A stretch of DNA of 64,000 nucleotides from Octopus vulgaris. Lineage: Eukaryota. The translations under genes were made by a program, and so were the position numbers. Every line of letters starts with the position of its first letter. Position 1 is the first letter of the stretch. The DNA is taken from contig OX597823.1 in NCBI GenBank assembly GCA_951406725.2, positions 113,274,001-113,338,000 on the forward strand, in the 5' to 3' direction. The notes below the pieces were generated by a model. That model saw nothing but the letters and a program-made list of their open reading frames with translations. It was not told the origin of the DNA and searched no databases. Shown here piece after piece: positions 60,151 through 64,000 of the stretch.

Positions 60151-60699
60151 GATGCAGTACCAGGCAGTGGCTCTCATGGCTTCTGATCTTGACTGATTGG
60201 AAGTGTTATCATGTACATTGTTTTGTCTTGGTATAAAAGATGGGCTACAGCAAATATTCTGCTCAATACCACAGATTTGCTTGTCAGTTGTTTGACCTTA
60301 ACCAGTTGAGCATGTCCCTTAGTGGCTGACGATATGTGCATCTCTGATCATGAGCAGAAGTAGTGGGGGAGCATCATAGCCATGTGTTGAGAGGGATTCT
60401 TTGGGGTTTGAATAATTCACCTCTGGAAACATGGGTGGTTTTTTCAACATCCTTAAACAACCCTTATTCAGGGACCGTTTGAGCGGGATGGGCTACTCAA
60501 CCTGAAGAAAATTCTAACTGGGCCCCACCTGCAAGGTCATGTGCTGTTTATCTTGATATGAGATCACCATGTCGCGCACGTATGGTTGTGATGCATGTGC
60601 CTGGTGTACCCTTATCAGACGGGTAGTCATGATGGGTATATTGGGCTTCGTATATTTTACCCCAGTGTCACTTTGATGGCATGAACTGCTCTCTCACTC
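60151..60699 (+). mobile_element. 556-bp AAT-embedded non-coding element, copy 5 (lacks the first ~6 nt)
   Basis: Starts GATGCAGTACCAGG and has the same 3' end. (AAT)n on both sides. Confidence 0.92.
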
Positions 60700-60812
<113 letters not shown>

Positions 60813-61723
60813 GAATAAGGCGGCTGGACGTGACAGAGGATGGACGTATTTTTACGATGCTCTGAACTGGCAACAGCGAACCCAGCAGGTCAACTGTAGA
60901 AAACTGGAAGATCTACTGTTTACTGTAAGTAATTTGAATTACCCTCAAAATAAGTAAAAAAAAAACTTACATATCTACAGCTCATACAAACGTACACCTA
61001 ACAAGAAAAATTAGAAACATAAATATCTCCAATTCTGTGTGAACATTTACAGTTAGTCGTCTCTCATGACTATAAGAATGTGTAAAATTGCCTTTTAAAT
61101 TACCTTTTATTGTAACAACACAATTAAATGCACGATAAAAAGTTATGGAATTAAGCACCTACTACTATATACATACAACTGAATTCAGAAATTTAAAAAT
61201 ATATACATAACATTGAACTCAGAAAGTTATTTAAAAAAAAAAAAAAATCTTCGACGAAAACATCAGATAATATGTGTGAGTGAATATACATATATATACA
61301 TATACATATGCATGTGGTGAAGAAGAAAAGAGAAAGGAAAAAAATAAATAAATAAACGTAAACAGGTTTGACCTTTTACTGACCATTAACGTCCTTTGTC
61401 TCCATCTACCGTGGCTATTTATAGACCCAAAGAACATGAATTCTTTAACCACACATTCTCCAACACAATGGAGTGTTGATGGTGGCTGTGGCTACACATA
61501 AAACAATGTCATTGAAGATGATGATGGTGATGGTGATGTTGCTGATGATGGTGATGGTGGTGAAGATGATAGTAATAACAATAATAACTGACAGATCCCG
61601 TCTTTTTCCCTTTCTTTTCGTTTCCTTCTCCGTATTTTATTCTCATTATTTCGAACTAATACAGACACAGTAAGCCTTGAAGAAAGGAAGAGGAGGAAAG
61701 GAAAAAAAAAAAAAAAAAAAAAA

Positions 61724-64000
61724 ATGTCCGGAGATAAAACTATCAACAAAAAAAATACAGACGAATATAGATCTGCTAGTCTTAAGAAGCGGCGCTATGA
61801 GCAATGCTTACACGTAGTGAACCCTAAACTGACAGATCCATCTCCTAATATAAGAATGGATGCTCGTCATGCTTCAAGGTCAACAAATCAAACAATAAAC
61901 CGCATTGGTCATTGCGCGGATTACAAAAGACCACGTACCCGAAAATTGAACCAAATCCTGATTGAAAAATCAGTTACTGGATCAAATCTTCCCAACACAC
62001 AGGAGCTGGACGAACCCCACAACCGGAATATTCCAACAGATGGCCATCCATGCTCATCACCAAATAATCAAAAGAAAAAGAAGGAAAAATGGTCTAGGGA
62101 AGATAATAAAGAAGTTCTTGAGGCCTTCTACCATGCCATATATTTCCCCACAGATAAGTCTAGCACTGTACAAGCATACTTAAACTGGAGACAGAAACAC
62201 CCTGAAGTAAGACCCTACATAGACAGTAACAAGCTTGCCAATGTTAGAAGAAACATTATAAAAAAGAAATTACTGACTGAAGTAGAGATTGATCAGGTTA
62301 GACAAGCAATATCGGATAAAATGAACGAAGCTGCAGCTAGAGAAGATAATACAGAGGAAATGATTATAGACCAGCCCAGGGCGGATAAAAACGAAGAGAG
62401 GATTGAAAGAGTTAGTATAAGTGATAGGCAAAGTGAAATACGCCCTGAACCAATCATAAACACTAAGACAGATGAGCATCAAATAGATAAAGAAAGTCAC
62501 ACAAATATTGACCCAACAGAACTACATGAGCTAAAAAATCAAATCATGATTGAATGGCTGAAAATTAAAGAAACCAGCATGGATGAGCGTGATACACTTC
62601 CTAAAATCCGCAACTCTAACCAAAACATGAAAATAATTGGTAAAATCCGGCTTGCACTTAAGGATATAATTTCAGTTAATGATGTTGATATCACAAACCT
62701 CAACCACCTATACTATGCATCCGCGAAAATCTCAACGATCCTATGTGGTGTAAAGATTAGAAAACGGCAACAGTCCCACAAAAAGCCTTCTTGGCAAGAG
62801 CGTCTGCAACAACAAATTAAAATATTTAGATCTGACATTGAATATTTGAAAAACCTTAAGGCTCACAAGATTACCAAACCTACAAAAACCCAAAAATTAC
62901 TGAAAAAATACAATATGAAAACTATACTTGATATTGATGCCACCATAGAAACCATCAAACAAAAGGTATCTGCCAAAGCTGCCCGCATAGCGAGGTATGA
63001 AAAGCGTGCTAGATTTTTCAAGGACAACAACATGTTCAAAAATAACACCAAGAATTTTTACAGGAAGATAGGAAAAACAGCGTTTACTGCAGGGTCTGTA
63101 CCATCAAAAGAAGAAGTGCAGAGATTTTGGAATAAAATCTGGGCAGAAGAAAAAACACACAACGAAAAGGCCCCCTGGATTGACAGAATATCTACAGAAC
63201 TGAACCCCTTAGAAGAGCAAAAGTGGGAGGGTGTCAAAGTAGAAGATATAAGATCTGCTCTCAGGAGGTCAAGCAAATGGAAGTCTCCAGGAAAGGATAA
63301 AATTCCTAACTTCTGGCTGAATGCCTTCCCAGAGAGCCATGAACTGCTAACAGAACTGTACAATGATGTTTTGCAACACCCTAGTAGGATGCCTCCTTGG
63401 CTAGTTAATGGGTTAACATTCCTGCTTCCAAAAAGTGAAGAAACAAATGAACCAAAAAACTATAGACCCATAACTTGCTTAACAACTATGTACAAAACAC
63501 TAACATCTGTCCTGACGGAATATACCTATAGTTTTTTAACAGACAGCAGCATATTCCCTAATGAACAGAAAGGATGTAAACGTGGATCCTACGGCTGTAA
63601 AGACCAACTACTCATCAATAAGATGATCTTAGAAGATTGTCACAAACGACACAAAAACTTATCAATAGCCTGGATAGACTATAAAAAGGCTTTTGATAGC
63701 CTACCACATAGCTGGATTAGGAAATGCCTTGAAATGTATAAGATAGCACCAACTCTGCGAAACTTCTTGACTGTAAGTATGAGATCATGGAGAACCACAC
63801 TAACTCTGAACAGTGACAGTGAATTCCTAAATGCTGGTGATGTAAAAATTTCGTGTGGCATTTTCCAGGGTGACTTACTGTCACCACTCCTCTTTTGTTT
63901 ATCTTTAATACCTCTCTCAAAGCTGCTCAATGACGCGCAGTACGGGTATAAAATGTTTGATAAAAATATAAATCATCTCGTTTACATGGATGATTTAAAG
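61724..64000 (+). CDS. Apparently intact R4/Dong polyprotein (family B), open to the window edge
   Basis: ATG at 61724 (MSGDKTINK...) is in frame with KWSREDNKE (62087), NEKAPWID, PKNYRPITCL, IFQGDLLSP and the terminal YMDDLK. It is absent from the ORF track, consistent with no stop before 64000. The 5' UTR probably starts near 61588. Confidence 0.88.
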   Translation, partial: MSGDKTINKKNTDEYRSASLKKRRYEQCLHVVNPKLTDPSPNIRMDARHASRSTNQTINRIGHCADYKRPRTRKLNQILIEKSVTGSNLPNTQELDEPHNRNIPTDGHPCSSPNNQKKKKEKWSREDNKEVLEAFYHAIYFPTDKSSTVQAYLNWRQKHPEVRPYIDSNKLANVRRNIIKKKLLTEVEIDQVRQAISDKMNEAAAREDNTEEMIIDQPRADKNEERIERVSISDRQSEIRPEPIINTKTDEHQIDKESHTNIDPTELHELKNQIMIEWLKIKETSMDERDTLPKIRNSNQNMKIIGKIRLALKDIISVNDVDITNLNHLYYASAKISTILCGVKIRKRQQSHKKPSWQERLQQQIKIFRSDIEYLKNLKAHKITKPTKTQKLLKKYNMKTILDIDATIETIKQKVSAKAARIARYEKRARFFKDNNMFKNNTKNFYRKIGKTAFTAGSVPSKEEVQRFWNKIWAEEKTHNEKAPWIDRISTELNPLEEQKWEGVKVEDIRSALRRSSKWKSPGKDKIPNFWLNAFPESHELLTELYNDVLQHPSRMPPWLVNGLTFLLPKSEETNEPKNYRPITCLTTMYKTLTSVLTEYTYSFLTDSSIFPNEQKGCKRGSYGCKDQLLINKMILEDCHKRHKNLSIAWIDYKKAFDSLPHSWIRKCLEMYKIAPTLRNFLTVSMRSWRTTLTLNSDSEFLNAGDVKISCGIFQGDLLSPLLFCLSLIPLSKLLNDAQYGYKMFDKNINHLVYMDDLK

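Overview
AT-rich, microsatellite-saturated animal DNA. It resembles octopus/cephalopod sequence, which is an inference from the repeat families. I found no convincing host protein-coding gene; the window is essentially a mobile-element landscape. The dominant system is a set of single-ORF, restriction-like-endonuclease (RLE) non-LTR retrotransposons of the R4/Dong type: at least three distinct families plus an old degenerate copy. They lie on the (AAT)n strand in or beside AAT microsatellites. The same tracts carry five copies of a fixed-length ~556-bp non-coding element in the same orientation, forming head-to-tail 'trains' at 37.1-45.6 kb and 57.7-60.8 kb. Also present: a Penelope-like remnant whose inverted repeats carry a type I hammerhead ribozyme motif and enclose a Helitron helicase fragment; two non-autonomous Helitrons; two mariner pseudogenes; a hAT-like remnant; L1/Tx1-like fragments; several tRNA-derived SINEs; and an 800-bp nested foldback element with octamer and CCAAT modules. 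Most ORFs in the supplied track are microsatellite artefacts.
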